The notes under the pieces: model-generated | Told to the model about the DNA's origin: nothing | What the model saw: the letters and a program-made list of their open reading frames with translations, nothing else | Database searches by the model: none | Assembly: GCA_002269645.1 (NCBI GenBank) | Contig: NIVC01001960.1 | Coordinates: forward strand, 172,908-236,907 | DNA length: 64,000 nucleotides | Source: Macrostomum lignano | Taxonomy: Eukaryota | Direction of reading: 5' to 3' | Part shown: piece by piece, positions 1 to 27,000 of the stretch | How the letters are laid out: every line of letters starts with the position of its first letter | Position numbering within the stretch: the stretch's first letter is position 1 | Made by a program: the position numbers and the translations under genes

Positions 1-268
1 GTATATTATCACTGAAGCAATAAAAAACGAAGACCACTATCTGAGCACATGATGAGCAGGCCACCAGGCTAGTTAGTTAAGTAAACATTTCACACTAATA
101 AGAGATGCTTCTTGGCCTAGGTAGCGTTTTCATCGGGCAGCCCCCTTGCTGCCTACAGGTCAACTGTAGCCTTGATCTACCTGCGGCAGCGCCTGCAGCC
201 CCCCCCCCAATGCAAACTAACGGCACACGGCTATTGTTACATTTCTGCCAGGGTAGGCGGCATCTGCC

Positions 269-3200
269 ATGCCAAACGAAGCCGCCATGGAGCCGCAGCA
301 GCGACTTCGCCGCCTAATGAGCTCAGCTGAGAGTTTCGCAATTCAAAAAGAGATTGGCGTTGAGAAATATCTGAGATCGGGGGTTGAAATGATGCGAATG
401 GCTAGGATGTACTTGCGGACTAAGGAGCTGCAGAATGCCTACGTGCTGTTCTCCAAGTTCGCCATTATGGTGCTGGACAAACTTCCCAAGCATCCTGGAT
501 TTGCTGCTGCACCGGAGCATTTGAAGAAAAATGCAAGGTATTGGCGACATGCGGGTTTTTCTCTGAAGTCCAATAATTTGGTTATTGATTGATAAATCTC
601 CCATTTCTTTAATGTTTTCCCAGTTTCCTAAAAGTACTATCTAGATTGACGGATTCTTATAAGGTTCTCTCAGGCTACCCAGTGTTCTCTCAGGCTACCC
701 AGTGTTCTCTCAGGCTACCCAGTGTTCTCTCAGGCTACCCAATGTTCTCTCAGGCTCTCCAGTGTTCTCTCAGGCTCTCCAGTGTTCTCTCAGGCTACCC
801 AATGTTCTCTCAGGCTCTCCCGTGTTCTCTCAGGCTACCCAGTGTTCTCTCAGGCTACCCAGTGTTCTCTCAGGCTACCTAGTGTTCTCTCAGGCTACCC
901 AATGTTCTCTCAGGCTACCCAGTGTTCTCTCAGGCTACCCAATGTTCTCTCAGGCTCTCCAGTGTTCTCTCAGGCTCTCCAGTGTTCTCTCAGGCTACCC
1001 AATGTTCTCTCAGGCTCTCCCGTGTTCTCTCAGGCTACCCAGTGTTCTCTCAGGCTACCCAGTGTTCTCTCAGGCTACCTAGTGTTCTCTCAGGCTACCC
1101 AATGTTCTCTCAGGCTCTCCCGTGTTCTCTCAGGCTTTCCAGTGTTCTTTCAGGCTCTCCAGTGTTCTCTCAGGCTACCCAATGTTCTCTCAGGCTCTCC
1201 AGTGTTCTCTCAGGCTACCCAATGTTCTCTCAGGCTCTCCAGTGTTCTCTCAGGCTCTCCAGTGTTCTCTCAGGCTACCCAATGTTCTCTCAGGCTACCC
1301 AGTGTTCTCTCAGGCTACCCAATGTTCTCTCAGGCTACCCAGTGTTCTCTCAGGCTACCCAATGTTCTCTCAGGCTACCCAATGTTCTCTCAGGCTCTCC
1401 AGTGTTCTCTCAGGCTCTCCAGTGTTCTCTCAGGCTACCCAATGTTCTCTCAGGCTCTCCTGTGTTCTCTCAGGTTACCCAGTGTTCTCTCAGGCTACCC
1501 AGTGTTCTCTCAGGCTACCCAGTGTTCTCTCAGGCTACCCAGTGTTCTCTCATACTACCCAGTGTTCTCTCAGGCTACCCAATGTTCTCTCAGGCTACCC
1601 AATGTTCTCTCAGGCTCTCCAGTGTTCTCTCAGGCTCTCCAGTGTTCTCTCAGGCTACCCAATGTTCTCTCAGGCTCTCCTGTGTTCTCTCAGGCTACCC
1701 AGTGTTCTCTCAGGCTACCCAGTGTTCTCTCAGGCTCTCCAGTGTTCTCTCAGGCTACCCAATGTTCTCTCAGGCTCTCCCGTGTTCTCTCAGGCTACCC
1801 AGTGTTCTCTCAGGCTACCCAGTGTTCTCTCAGGCTACCCAGTGTTCTCTCAGGCTACCCAGTGTTCTCTCATACTACCCAGTGTTCTCTCAGGCTATCC
1901 AGTGTTCTCTCAGGCTACCCAGTGTTCTCTCAGGCTACCCAGTGTTCTCTCAGGCTACCCAGTGTTCTCTCAGACTACCCAGTGTTCTCTCAGGCTACCC
2001 AGTGTTCTCTCAGACTACCCAGTGTTCTCTCAGGCTATCCAGTGTTCTCTCAGGCTACCCAGTGTTCTCTCAGGCTACCCAGTGTTCTCGCAGGCTACCC
2101 AATGTTCTCTCAGACTACCCAGTGTTCTCTCAGACTACCCAGTGTTCTCTCAGGCTACCCTGTGTTCTCTCAGGCTACCCAGTGTTCTCTCAGACTACCC
2201 AGTGTTCTCTCAGGCTACCCAATGTTCTCTCAGGCTACCCAGTGTTCTCTCAGACTACCCAGTGTTCTCTCAGGCTACCCAATGTTCTCTCAGGCTACCC
2301 AGTGTTCTCTCAGGCTACCCAGTGTTCTCTCAGGCTACCCAGTGTTCTCTCAGGCTATCCAGTGTTCTCTCAGGCTACCCAGTGTTCTCTCAGGCTACCC
2401 AATGTTCTCTCAGGCTACCCAGTGTTCTCTCAGGCTACCCAGTGTTCTCTCAGGCTACCCAATGTTCTCTCAGGCTACCCAGTGTTCTCTCAGGCTACCC
2501 AGTGTTCTCTCAGGCTACCCAATGTTCTCTCAGGCTCTCCCGTGTTCTCTCAGACTACCCAATGTTCTCTCAGGCTATCCAGTGTTCTCTCAGGCTCTCC
2601 AGTGTTCTCTCAGGCTACCCAATGTTCTCTCAGGCTACCCAATGTTCTCTCAGGCTATCCAATGTTCTCTCAGGCTCTCCAATGTTCTCTCAGACTACCC
2701 AATGTTCTCTCAGGCTACCTAATGTTCTCTCAGACTACCCAGTGTTCTCTCAGGCTATCCAGTGTTCTCTCAGGCTACCCAATGTTCTCTCAGGCTACCC
2801 AATGTTCTCTCAGGCTCTCCAGTGTTCTCTCAGGCTCTCCAGTGTTCTCTCAGGCTACCCAATGTTCTCTCAGGCTCTCCCGTGTTCTCTCAGGCTACCC
2901 AATGTTCTCTCAGGCTACCCAATGTTCTCTCAGGCTACCCAATGTTCTCTCAGGCTACCCAATGTTCTCTCAGGCTCTCCAGTGTTCTCTCAGGCTCTCC
3001 AGTGTTCTCTTAGGCTACCCAATGTTCTCTCAGGCTCTCCCATGTTCTCTCAGGCTCTCCAGTGTTCTCTCAGGCTCTCCAGTGTTCTCTCAGGCTACAC
3101 TGTGTTCTCTCAGGTTACCCAGTGTTCTCTCAGGTTACCCAGTGTTCTCTCAGGCTACCCAGTGTTCTCTCAGGCTACCCAATGTTCTCTCAGGCTACCC

Positions 3201-5572
3201 AGTGTTCTTTCAGGCTACCCTGTGTTCTCTCAGGCTACCCAATGTTCTCTCAGGCTACCCAGTGTTCTCTCAGGCTACCCAGTGTTCTCTCAGGCATTCC
3301 AGTGTTCTCTCAGGTTCTCCAGTGTTCTTTCAGACTACCCAATATTCTCTCAGGCTACCCAGTGTTCTCTCAGGCTACCCAGTGTTCTCTCAGGCTACCC
3401 AGTGTTCTCTCAGGCATTCCAGTGTTCTCTCAGGTTCTCCAGTGTTCTTTCAGACTACCCAATGTTCTCCCAGGCTATCCAGTGTTCTCTCAGGCTACCC
3501 AATGTTCTCTCAGGCTCCCCAGTGTTCTTTCAGGCTACCCAATGTTCTCTCAGGCATTCCAGTGTTCTCTCAGGTTCTCCAGTGTTCTCTCAGGCTACCC
3601 AATGTTCTCTCAGGCTACCCAGTGTTCTCTCAGGCTACCCAATGTTCTCTCAGGCATTCCAGTGTTCTCTCAGGTTCTCCAGTGTTCTTTCAGACTACCC
3701 AATATTCTCTCAGGCTACCCAATATTCTCTCAGGCTACCCAATGTTCTCTCAGGCTCTTCAGTGTTCTCTCAGTCTACCCAGTGTTCTCTCAGGCTACCC
3801 AATGTTCTCTCAGGCTATCCAGTGTTCTCTCAGGCTACCCAATGTTCTCTCAGGCATTCCAGTGTTCTCTCAGGTTCTCCAGTGTTCTTTCAGACTACCC
3901 AATATTCTCTCAGGCTACCCAATGTTCTCTCAGGCTATCCAGTGTTCTCTCAGGCTACCCAATGTTCTCTCAGGCTCCCCAGTGTTCTTTCAGGCTACCC
4001 AATGTTCTCTCAGGCTACCCAATGTTCTCTCAGGCTCTCCAGTGTTCTCTCAGGCTACCCAATGTTCTCTCAGGCTCCCCAGTGTTCTTTCAGGCTACCC
4101 AATGTTCTCTCAGGCTATCCAGTGTTCTCTCAGTCTACCCAATGTTCTCTCAGGCTATCCAGTGTTCTCTCAGGCTACCCAATGTTCTCTCAGGCTACCC
4201 AATATTCTCTCAGGCTACCCAATATTCTCTCAGGCTACCCAATGTTCTCTCAGGCTCCCCAGTGTTCTTTCAGGCTACCCAATGTTCTCTCAGGCCCTTC
4301 AATGCACGAGTGCTTAATTAGAGTATCCCGAGCACACTAATAACTGGATGGGCCACTCGGGCACACTGGCTTGCTAAAACTGTCTCTACTTTCAGCTCAG
4401 TAGCAAGGCAGAATGCATAAGCTATTCTATGAAAAGACAGGCAGTTGGAGTGACTAGCAGACGCCAACACAACTGGCTATTGGTGCAGCCGTAATGTACA
4501 TTTACCAGCCAGAGCCACTGAGAATGTACATGCCAGCTTTAGGCTGCCACTCTGATATGGGCAATAAAATTCAGCGGGGGGGGGCGGTGCTAAGAGGGCC
4601 AATAAATGAGTCTCGTCTTAAAATACGTTAAAATGCTTCTATTTGAACTGCCTACTGAACTGAAAGTAGCTTATGCGCAGATGTGCACTCAAGTCCTTTT
4701 ACGAGTAGATGAAAAAATCTTGTTCAAAAAGAAGACAAAAACTTTGCTTCTTGCTCAGGCTCGAATGCAAAACCGCTCTAAGCGAGGCCGAGCGCATCAA
4801 GCGCCTCCTGTTAGACCAGTTCGCCGCCGAGCACGCCAAAGCCAAGGCCGAAGCCGAAGCTGCCGAGGCCGCCAGGGCGAATGCCGTTGCTGCCAAACAG
4901 GCCGAGGAGATCCTGCCGCCTGTTGAACCGAGCGCGCCGCCGCCGCCGTACAGCGGTGCCGATGCGTCCTCGTCGACCATAGCACCGCCCAGCCTGTCGG
5001 AGGACTTCGGCCTCTCTGACAGCAGCTGGGGCAGCCATTCGGGCGTTGGTTCGCTGCGCACTCTGGTGCTGCCGGCCCAGCTCGGGCTGAGATTTCTCCG
5101 CCTGGCCGACAGCAACACCGCCGCTAATAAGGAGACCTGCGGCATTCTCTGCGGCTCAGTGAGAGACGGCGCCCTGGCCGTCACAGATTTGGTGCTGCCG
5201 AAGCAGAGCGGAACTTCGGACTCCTGCACCACCAGCGGCGAGGAGGAGATCTTCGGCGTGCTGGACAGGTTCGACCTGGTCACCCTCGGCTGGGTGCACA
5301 CGCACCCTACTCAGACTGCTTTCCTATCTAGCATCGACCTGCACACTCACCTGTCCTATCAGCTCATGCTGCCCGAAGCTGTTGCCGTTGTGTGCGCGCC
5401 GAAATTCGGCGACACGGCTACGTTCACCCTGACCCAGCACGGCCTGGACTATCTCAGCCGCTGCTCTGGCAAGGGCTTCCACCCGCATCAGGAGCATCCG
5501 CCCCTGTTTGAGCGGGCCAAGCACGCCATTGATGCGCCCGAGGGCGATCTTAAGGTGCACGATTTGCGCTGA
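269..5572 (+). CDS. STAMBP: AMSH/STAMBP-family JAMM deubiquitinase; exons 269-537 and 4759-5572 (360 aa)
   Basis: Exon 1 encodes a MIT/USP8-dimer-like region (KYLRSGVEMMRMARMYL...KLPKHPGF). Exon 2 carries the JAMM motif LGWVHTHPTQTAFLSSIDLHTH and KGFHPH. GT donor at 538 and AG acceptor at 4757-4758 join in phase 2 (AG|G = Arg), 1083 nt in total. Confidence 0.92.
661..4295. repeat. 20-bp minisatellite (AGTGTTCTCTCAGGCTACCC)n, about 180 copies, filling STAMBP intron 1
   Basis: Period-20 repeat read directly from the sequence. It accounts for the overlapping 400-1100 aa repetitive ORFs in the track. Confidence 0.98.
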
Positions 5573-5769
5573 ATACATCTGGGCCTGCTCCGTTTGGATT
5601 GTGTTGCCTTCGGAATAGTTTGTTTCAACACATATCGGTGTTGTTGAAGCCTAACTCTGAATGGCTTAACCTGCTGAGTTCGATCAATTCTAACGGATAC
5701 TGATTTGCTAGCTATCCAGATGTACTCAAGCATTTTGGGCTAGAGACTCTTGTAGAGCCTTAATCTTAA

Positions 5770-6405
5770 TCTCACCCAGTCACTCTCCCAGTCTCTCTCG
5801 GTCTCACCCAGTCACTCTCCCAATCTCTATCAGTCTCACCCAGTCACTCTCCCAGTCTCTCTGTCTCACCCAGTCACTCTCCCAATGTCTCTCAGACTCC
5901 CCCAGTCACTCTCTCTAATCTCTCTCAGTCTCACCCAGTCACTCTCCCAATCTCTCTCAGTCTCACCCAGTCACTCTCCCAATCTCTCTCAGACTCCCCC
6001 AGTCACTCTCTCTAATCTCTCTCAGTCTCACCCAGTCACTCTCCCAATCTCTCTCAGTCTCACCCCTGTCACTCTCCCAATCTCTCTCAGACTCCCCAGT
6101 CACACTCTCTAATCTCTCTCAGTCTCACCCAGTCACTCTCCCAATCTCTATCAGTCTCACCCAGTCACTCTCCCAGTCTCTCTGTCTCACCCAGTCACTC
6201 TCCCAATGTCTCTCAGACTCCCCCAGTCACTCTCTCTAATCTCTCTCAGTCTTACCCAGTCACTCTCCCAATATTTCAGTCTCACCCAGTCACTCTCCCA
6301 ATCTCTCCCAGTCTCACCCAGTCACTCTCCCAATCTCTCTCAGTCTCACCCAGTCACTCTCCCAATCTCTCTCAGTCTCACCCAGCCACTCCCAATCTCT
6401 CACAG
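5770..6405. repeat. C/T-rich degenerate minisatellite (core CAGTCACTCTCCCAATCTCTCTCAGTCTCACC, ~30 bp)
   Basis: Tandem copies visible directly. Confidence 0.9.
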
Positions 6406-7221
6406 TGATTGATCACACCGATAGACTACTATTCTATTACTAATAGTAATATTGGGCGTAAATTTTTATTAATTACGCATTAAATCTAGCTTAAAATGAA
6501 AAAAGAAGTGTGATTTTGATTTCTATCTCTGCAAGCGGCAGTGTGTATCCAGTCTATTGTTCTGTCTTTTCTCTATGCAATATGATGCCGTCAGTGTTGC
6601 AGTAGCTCTGTGTTCAATGTACGATATTTTTATATCCCTATATTGATAGAAAAACTCCTATTCTGCGCCGAGCTGTTTCACAGTACATACTGCTCTGTTA
6701 TTTGCCAAAACGGATGCTTCTCGTATACAGTGAGCGAAATGAGAAAGAGCTGACTGCTTCCTTTATAACCCCCAATTTTCATATTTGTTTACATAATGCG
6801 ATGCTTGCACAGTATTTTTGTTATGATATACTAAGCGTTTCGGCTTGACACTGCTTATAATTAATGCTATATTTTTATTATTCCTTGGCTGAATTAAATT
6901 CGATAATACGACAACAAACGCTTATTGGAAATTTATTTGTGTAGCACAAATTTCTGCTTTTATTTATTTATTTATAGAGAATTCGATTTAGGGGAAACTT
7001 TCATTTTGGCATTATGAATTTGGATCCTTGTATGTCAAATGTCAAATCTGGTTCATATTTCATTTTTAGTGCTAATAGTTTTATATTTATTGGGGTTCTT
7101 GGTGTTTCTGGACCTCTATCGGTTGTCAGCTTTGAGCAATCTGTGAGCATGGAGTCTGCAAACTTCTGCAACCCTCTGTGGGTCAGAGAGGCTCTGTACT
7201 ATGCTATAGAGTCAGGGGGCT

Positions 7222-7500
7222 GCAGGCACACAACCGGCGAGAGGCATTACTGCCCATTCCGCCAACTCCCCTGAGCAGGCACACAAGCGGCGAGAGGCAT
7301 TACTGCCCATTCCGCCAACTCCCCTGAGCAGGCACACAACCGGCGAGAGGCATTACTGCCCATTCCGCCAACTCCCCTGAGCAGGCACACAACCGGCGAG
7401 AGGCATTACTGCCCATTCCGCCAACTCCCCTGAGCAGGCACACAACCGGCGAGAGGCATTACTGCCCATTCCGCCAACTCCCCTGAGCAGGCACACAAGC
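7222..7500. repeat. 53-bp tandem repeat, 5 full copies plus a partial one
   Basis: Units start at 7222, 7275, 7328, 7381, 7434 and 7487. The unit occurs once in the SINE copy at ~62637. Confidence 0.95.
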
Positions 7501-7508
7501 GCGTGGAT

Positions 7509-7709
7509 CATGGATGAAGCAATAGAAAGGCTCGCTCATCTGAAACCGGCGTACAAGCTTCAGCCAGTAAGAACTTGGGGGGGGGGGAGGGTACTATTAT
7601 TAAATTCCAGCAGCCAATGAAATTCATGGGGGGAATATCCCAATTTTTAGGAAGTCTTGGCCGTAGACTCGCTTTCAGATGAGCGATCCTTTCTATTCCT
7701 TCATCCATG
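7509..7709. mobile_element. hAT-type MITE (201 bp) inserted in the SINE
   Basis: 37-bp TIRs (7509-7545 and 7673-7709, 35/37 match). 8-bp TSD GCGTGGAT/GCGCGGAT. The empty site AAGC-GCGCGGAT-ACG is present in the 62.7-kb SINE copy. Confidence 0.75.
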
Positions 7710-8091
7710 GCGCGGATACGTACGCAGTCATACGCACAGGCACACGCTCACAGTTAGGCATGCACACTTCACTGAGCCTTGTGGGGTTGGCCCTCAAGGC
7801 CGTTAATTGCACGAGCAGAGATTCCAATTTGGCTCCAAATTAATGTGACTGCACTTGGAATCGAGCCTGGAGAACGCAGTGCTGGATGCTCAGCAATGTA
7901 AAGGGTAGGGATTGAACTTTTTGGTTAATGCCAGCTGGCATCCTGGTTTTCAATTTGGCATCTTGAATTTGCGTGGGAGTGTCACTTCCATGTCTCCCGC
8001 TCCGTGTTCCCTGATCTGAATATCTATGGAGCTTAGACCTGTTGTTTTACCTCAGTAATTAATATTAATAATTTGTCCGGCCATCCCGCAG

Positions 8092-21571
<13,480 letters not shown>

Positions 21572-22281
21572 ATGGTTAACTACTACTCTGCGGGCAATCA
21601 GTATCTGATTATGTCTACTCATAGTAGCAATAGAGCGTAGAGAAACTTTAATGATTAATATATATATATATATACGAGTATATATAGCCATATACACCTC
21701 CAGCCTCCTCGTCAGCCCTAACTGATAAGTCTATACTTGACTTTTTGTCATCACCTCACACTGATACCAGTGTGCGCTCAATTTCAATCTTTTATAATCT
21801 CTTGCTCTGATTTCTATAATCAGTCATTCTGTCTGCTGACCTTCATTTGCACCTGACAATAATTCTGTGAGTACAATTTATACTGTACAAATGCCTACTG
21901 CTGTCCCATTGTCCTCTTCCTGATATTCCCTGACCTTACTGGATGATTATATTCATTTCTGAGGGCACTGGCTACTATTAGTACTATCCTGCGCAATTTA
22001 CTCCCTGTCTGTACTTAATCTTCATTATGCGCTCTTATTAATTGAACTTCAACTACATAGGAATTACCAAGCGTGTTTTCAAAGGTAACGAGAACGAAAT
22101 TATCGTTACGTTTGAAAACATCTCTTAGCTTCATTTTAGCACGAGCTATTCTACTGCAAATCCTTTACTGTCTCTGCAGACGCTTGATTAAAACAACTTG
22201 TAATAAAACGAGCTTTTAAATGGCTCCAATTTTCGATCCAGATATACCGGTAATACTACTTAGTGTATTGGATTTTAACTA

Positions 22282-22890
22282 TTGGGTTGTTAGGAAAGTT
22301 CTGTCCGTTTTTTTATTTTTCTATGCAGAGTATCATGAAGCTGTGTTGGATCCAATACTTGTGTATGCATATACAGCCAGAGTTGTGGTCATTCTAACCA
22401 AGTCATTTGCTTTTCAGCGCCCAATTATGGCCAGAAATTTTGAATTAAACAGCATCGCTCTAAGGCAGTGCATGCTATATGATTTTCTAGCAGGTATTAC
22501 AGCAGCCGAATCGACTCGACGCCTGTGCAGTGCATTTGGCCAGGATGCTGTCTCTGACCGCACAGCCCGTCGTTGGTTTGATCGCTTTCGCAGCGGCGAC
22601 TACAGCCTTGCTGACGAACCTCGCCCTGGACGCCCATCTGAGATAGACACTGAGCTGCTGCGGACACTTGTGGAGGCCAATCCGCACCAGACTACACGAG
22701 AGTTGGCAGCCACTCTCGGGTGCTCCCATGTGCAAGTCGCTGAACACCTGGCTGCCATGGGCAAGAAAAGCAAGCTCGGACAGTGGACCCCCCATGACCT
22801 GACTGACAGGGACCGTCAAAGCCGAGCAGACATTTGCACCTCACTGCTCTCCTACAAGAGAACAACAGACTGGCTGGCCTCAATAATTGC
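22282..22890 (+). mobile_element. 3'-truncated mariner transposon: left TIR plus N-terminal transposase (ATG 22427)
   Basis: TA followed by TTGGGTTGTTAGGAAAGTTCTGTCCGTTTTT (mariner-like TIR). Protein reads LYDFLAG.TAAESTRRLCSAFGQDAVSDRTARRWFDRFRSGDYSLADEPRPGRP and KLGQWTPHDLT. It breaks just before the DDE/D catalytic domain. Confidence 0.85.
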
Positions 22891-24026
22891 AGCGGAAATC
22901 TTTTTATCAAGACTAAGTTTTTATTTAGGGTCATGAAAGCCACTTACCCTACTAAACTGCTACCATTAGTATTGTGTAAATTAATATTCAAACCATCGTT
23001 TAAAAAGAAAACATTTTAGTTTAAATGATTGATTGATGAGCCAATTAAAATTCACTAAGCTGTTTCAAACAAAAATAGCACATCAATTATTATTATTAAT
23101 ATATATTCAGCATTCAGCATTTGATGGCAACAAAGTCTCTTTGCATAGTGTTTCAAATTGACCAGCGCTAATATTGTCCATTGTCAGCAGGCGGCCTTGT
23201 CAGCAAAATATTTAGCAATGGCTGAAGCTGGAGACAAAAAAGTTGAAAGTTTATCTAAGGGTGCAAAAACGGGGGGGGCTTAAAAAGTAGAACACCATAG
23301 ACCGAACCGGTTTGTAGAGCTCTTCCAGGCCAGAATAGGTTTTGTGACAGAAAGATAACTGATTAATTATATCACGAATGCAATAAGCACTGCTTGGCCG
23401 AGGGAAATGAATGTAGAATATATGAAATTATTGTTAGACAGCTAATTTGTGTGTGACAACAGTATCCAAGGGAAACTTAACATAAGCTCGCGTGAACGGA
23501 GCGCGTTTACAAATTAACACTTGATTAGCATCTCATCTGAGATTCTGCACTGGCTCTCAGCTAATCCAGCAACTACTATTATCTGCTACACCGATGATTG
23601 CTGTAGGAAACTACTAATCTCATAGCGAATTAATGATTGTATCAGTAAGGTACAGTAAAGTGTGAGACGTCTCTAGAGGCAAAGTGCTTTGCGCGGCAAT
23701 TTGAACACTGATTGATCAATGCAATAAATTAGTTTAAAAGGCGGCATACCCGGACACTGCGCCACAGTGTCAGTTATTTTTATCCAGTTTTAGCGCAGTT
23801 CCAGCAGAGTTGGGAAAGCAACAGATAAATATGCAACATATAGACAGAAAAAACGGTTTAATAAATTAATAAATAGAAATAATTGCTCAAAAATGTAAAT
23901 CGTACGCGGCTCAGGTGAATGAAATTGGGCTAGGCTGGGCAGGAATGAGGGCGGGCAGAAGCCAAGAGGGGGGAAGCCAGAGAAAAGCTGGGACAATTTC
24001 CCTGGCTACACCGGATACGCAGACAG

Positions 24027-27000
24027 CTACGACTGGGCGGGCGTGGGCGGCCCGACCCGCTTCACTGGCGACTCCGCCGCCTCGCCATCGGCCGCCGGCG
24101 ACCCGTCCTGCTGCTGCTGCGATTTCGGCTGAATCTTCGCCGGCGCCGAGCCGCCGCCAGCGCTTGCTGCGGCCGGAGACGCACCAGCCTGGGACGTCTG
24201 CTGCTGCTGCTGCTGCTGGCCCGGCGACCCGCCCGACCGCTTCGACAGCAGCGAGTTGAAGAAATTCGCCAGCACGCCATCGTTGGCGCCCATGGCGGCC
24301 GCCGAGGCGCCCTGACCGGCCGCTCCGGGCGGCAAGCGGCCCGTAGCCGCGCCTACCGCCTTTCCGGCGCCGCCGACACTGGCGCGCGAGGCGCCAGGCG
24401 CCCCGACACCGGCGCCGCCACCTACACCGGGCAGGGGGCCGCCGGCGCCGCCAGCCGGTGCTGCCGACTGCTTGAGCAGAGCGGACTGCAGCCGGGACAA
24501 GAACACCTGCTCGTCCTCCGCCTGCTCCGCGTCGCCACCGCCAGCAGCTCCGCCGCCGCCTACGCCAACCCCGGAGCCTCCGCGACCCGGCGTTGAACCG
24601 CTGGCGCCGGCCCGCCTGACCCCGGCGGCGAAGCCCGCTGGCCTGGTGATGACATCGCTGAATGGCGTGTTGGACAGGTCGTTGGTGAGCGAGCCGGTGC
24701 TGGCCGCCAGCAGGTAGGCCTTGGCGTGGCTGTCCCAGCCAGCCGGGACAAACACGCAGTCGCGCTCGACAACATAAGCGGCGTGCGGGCAGGGCAAGCC
24801 GTAGGCCCGGTGCAGCAGGTAGCTGCGCAATAGGGCGCAGTTCTTGTCCTCGCGGACTGACGTGTACACCAAGGCTGCGCCGTCTGCGAGACGGACGAGT
24901 AAAAAATCTTTTTTTGGATTTGCGGCATACGCTAGGGCTGCCTTATGAGACCGGGATTAGGGACCAATAAACAGGGATTATGGACCAGTAAACAGAGATT
25001 AGAGACCAATATACAGGGATTAGGGACCAATAAACAGGGATTATGGACCAGTAAACAGAGATTAGAGACCAATATACAGGGATTAGGGACCAATAAACAG
25101 AGATTAGGGACCAATACACAGGGATTAGGGACTAATACACAGGGATTAGGGACTAATACACAGAGATTAGGGATCAATACACAGGGATTAGGGACTAATA
25201 CACAGAGATTAGGGATCAATACACAGAGATTAGGGACTAATACACAGAGATTAGGGACCAATACACAGGGATTAGGGACTAATACACAGAGATTAGGGAT
25301 CAATACACAGGGATTAGGGACACAATGATTGCAATAAATCATCTCTAATACGCTAGTATACCCTGCAAGAAAGCCAACTCACATTTAAGACAGAAGCAAC
25401 GCAGGTGGTACTGCAAAAAGTCAAAGTGCTCCTCTTTGTAATCCATCTCTTTCTCAAGCACGCCGGCCATTGTGTCAGTTTTGGTTATAACAACAACTAT
25501 TGGCAGGCCCAGGTTGCAGGTGAATGAGCCTTCGGGTAGCGGCAAGGCCACCTTGTCCGGGTCAGCCGGCGGGTGCAGCGGGTTCGGCGCCCGTCTGGCT
25601 AGGGAAGCGGCAGACGCTGACGGGTTTGTCGCGGAGCTGGCAGCAGCAGCAGCGGCGGCGGCAGCAGCGGCAGCAGCAGCCTGTTGAGCGGCGGCGGCAG
25701 CGGCGGTGGCATCGGCGTCGGGCTCGACGTAGTCAACAAACTGACGCGTCAGCGAGTCGCGGGCTTCGCGCAATTCGTCAGCGTCCAGGCCAAGCCGGTC
25801 AACGTAGCGGGACAGGATGTCGATCCACTGCTGCAGAGACTCGATAAGGGCCCAGGGCGCATCGGCGCTGCCAACCAGCAGCACCAGTGTGTCGGAGAAG
25901 TTGGCCTTGGTCAGCGCGAATCTCAGCAGGTTCTGGTGGAATGGGTCTCCGTCTAGGATCCACACGCCCAGGCGGCTCTCGGCTTCGCGACCGGAATCGG
26001 TCACGTCCAGGTAGTGGTACTCGAGCCCGTGACCTTTGCCAAGCACTTCCTCGCCTTTAAGCCGGGCTACCAGCGACGATTTGCCGCTGCTAACGTCGCC
26101 TAGCATTAGTAGGCTCTTTGGTGCCGGCTGGCTCTGCGTAGCGTTGGAGCGGACCTCTTCCAGGATGCGGGACCTGCAGGGTGACAGAGACAAAGAGCTG
26201 TTTTAGTTATGCATGTCTTACTTTAACTAAGCTGCAATAATGTCATTGCAGCTAAATAAATGTTTATTTAGAATGAGTAAATAAAACTTATTTTTAGGAG
26301 GCCGAATTAGTTGTCTAGAAGTTAAATTGAGAACTTGTCAAGCATAAAGACAAAGTCTTTTTGATAATTGTTCTTAAACCCTATAATCCTCTGTAATGTT
26401 GGTCTATTTGGCCTTGAATATTCAGGTCCCAGAGTATATTTTATATATCAAGCACAATATATATATATATATATTTTTCACTAATGTGTATAATTTTCCT
26501 AGAAAGGCATATGTCAGGTAGTCTTTTATTTAGAAAGAATCAACTAATATGCACTGGAATCTATCAAAATGTACACTAAAAATAGACTCCAACATAATCA
26601 AGACATTGACACTAGATAACAAAATAAATGCTTAAGTGTGCAACATAAAATTCAGTTCGATTTTTTCATTCTCCTTTGATAATTACAAGTGTGGTGAATG
26701 TGAATTCAATGAGCGCCCAGGGCGCCAACTTATGTGAGTCAACCGACTCCGTGTCGTACGCGGTTCGGTGGAATTGACGGTAGCCAGAGTCAGTACACGA
26801 ACCCTTGAGGACCGAGCCCTCGAGCTTCATCATCACAAATTGGCACCCTTGGTGGAGCCCTGCGCTGGGGAAGACCAAGCCAAGATTGAGTCGCGAAACC
26901 TTTTGAGATATTCAGATGTTGAGATTAGAGACTGTGAAGCTGCGGCATGAATGCTAGAAGTGCAGCTGGAGGTGCTGTCTTCAGTGTTAATGACCTGGTT

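Larger units (their letters stand above)
7203..7895 (-). mobile_element. tRNA-derived SINE, same family as 62575-62950, carrying an internal tandem expansion and a MITE insertion
   Basis: Extended similarity to 62600-62900 (CACACAACCGGCGAGAGGCATT..., CGCGGATACGTACGCAGTCATACGCACAGGCACAC, GGGGTTGGCCCTCAAG, TTAATTGCACGAGCAGAG). B-box-like GGCTCGATTCC on the minus strand near 7860. Confidence 0.7.

Noticed and set aside
646-4340. Very long overlapping ORFs (up to 1131 aa)
   Set aside because: They are translations of a stop-free 20-bp tandem repeat inside the STAMBP intron, open in all three + frames.
7222-7500. CRISPR-like 53-bp repeats
   Set aside because: Tandem identical units without spacers, derived from a SINE segment.
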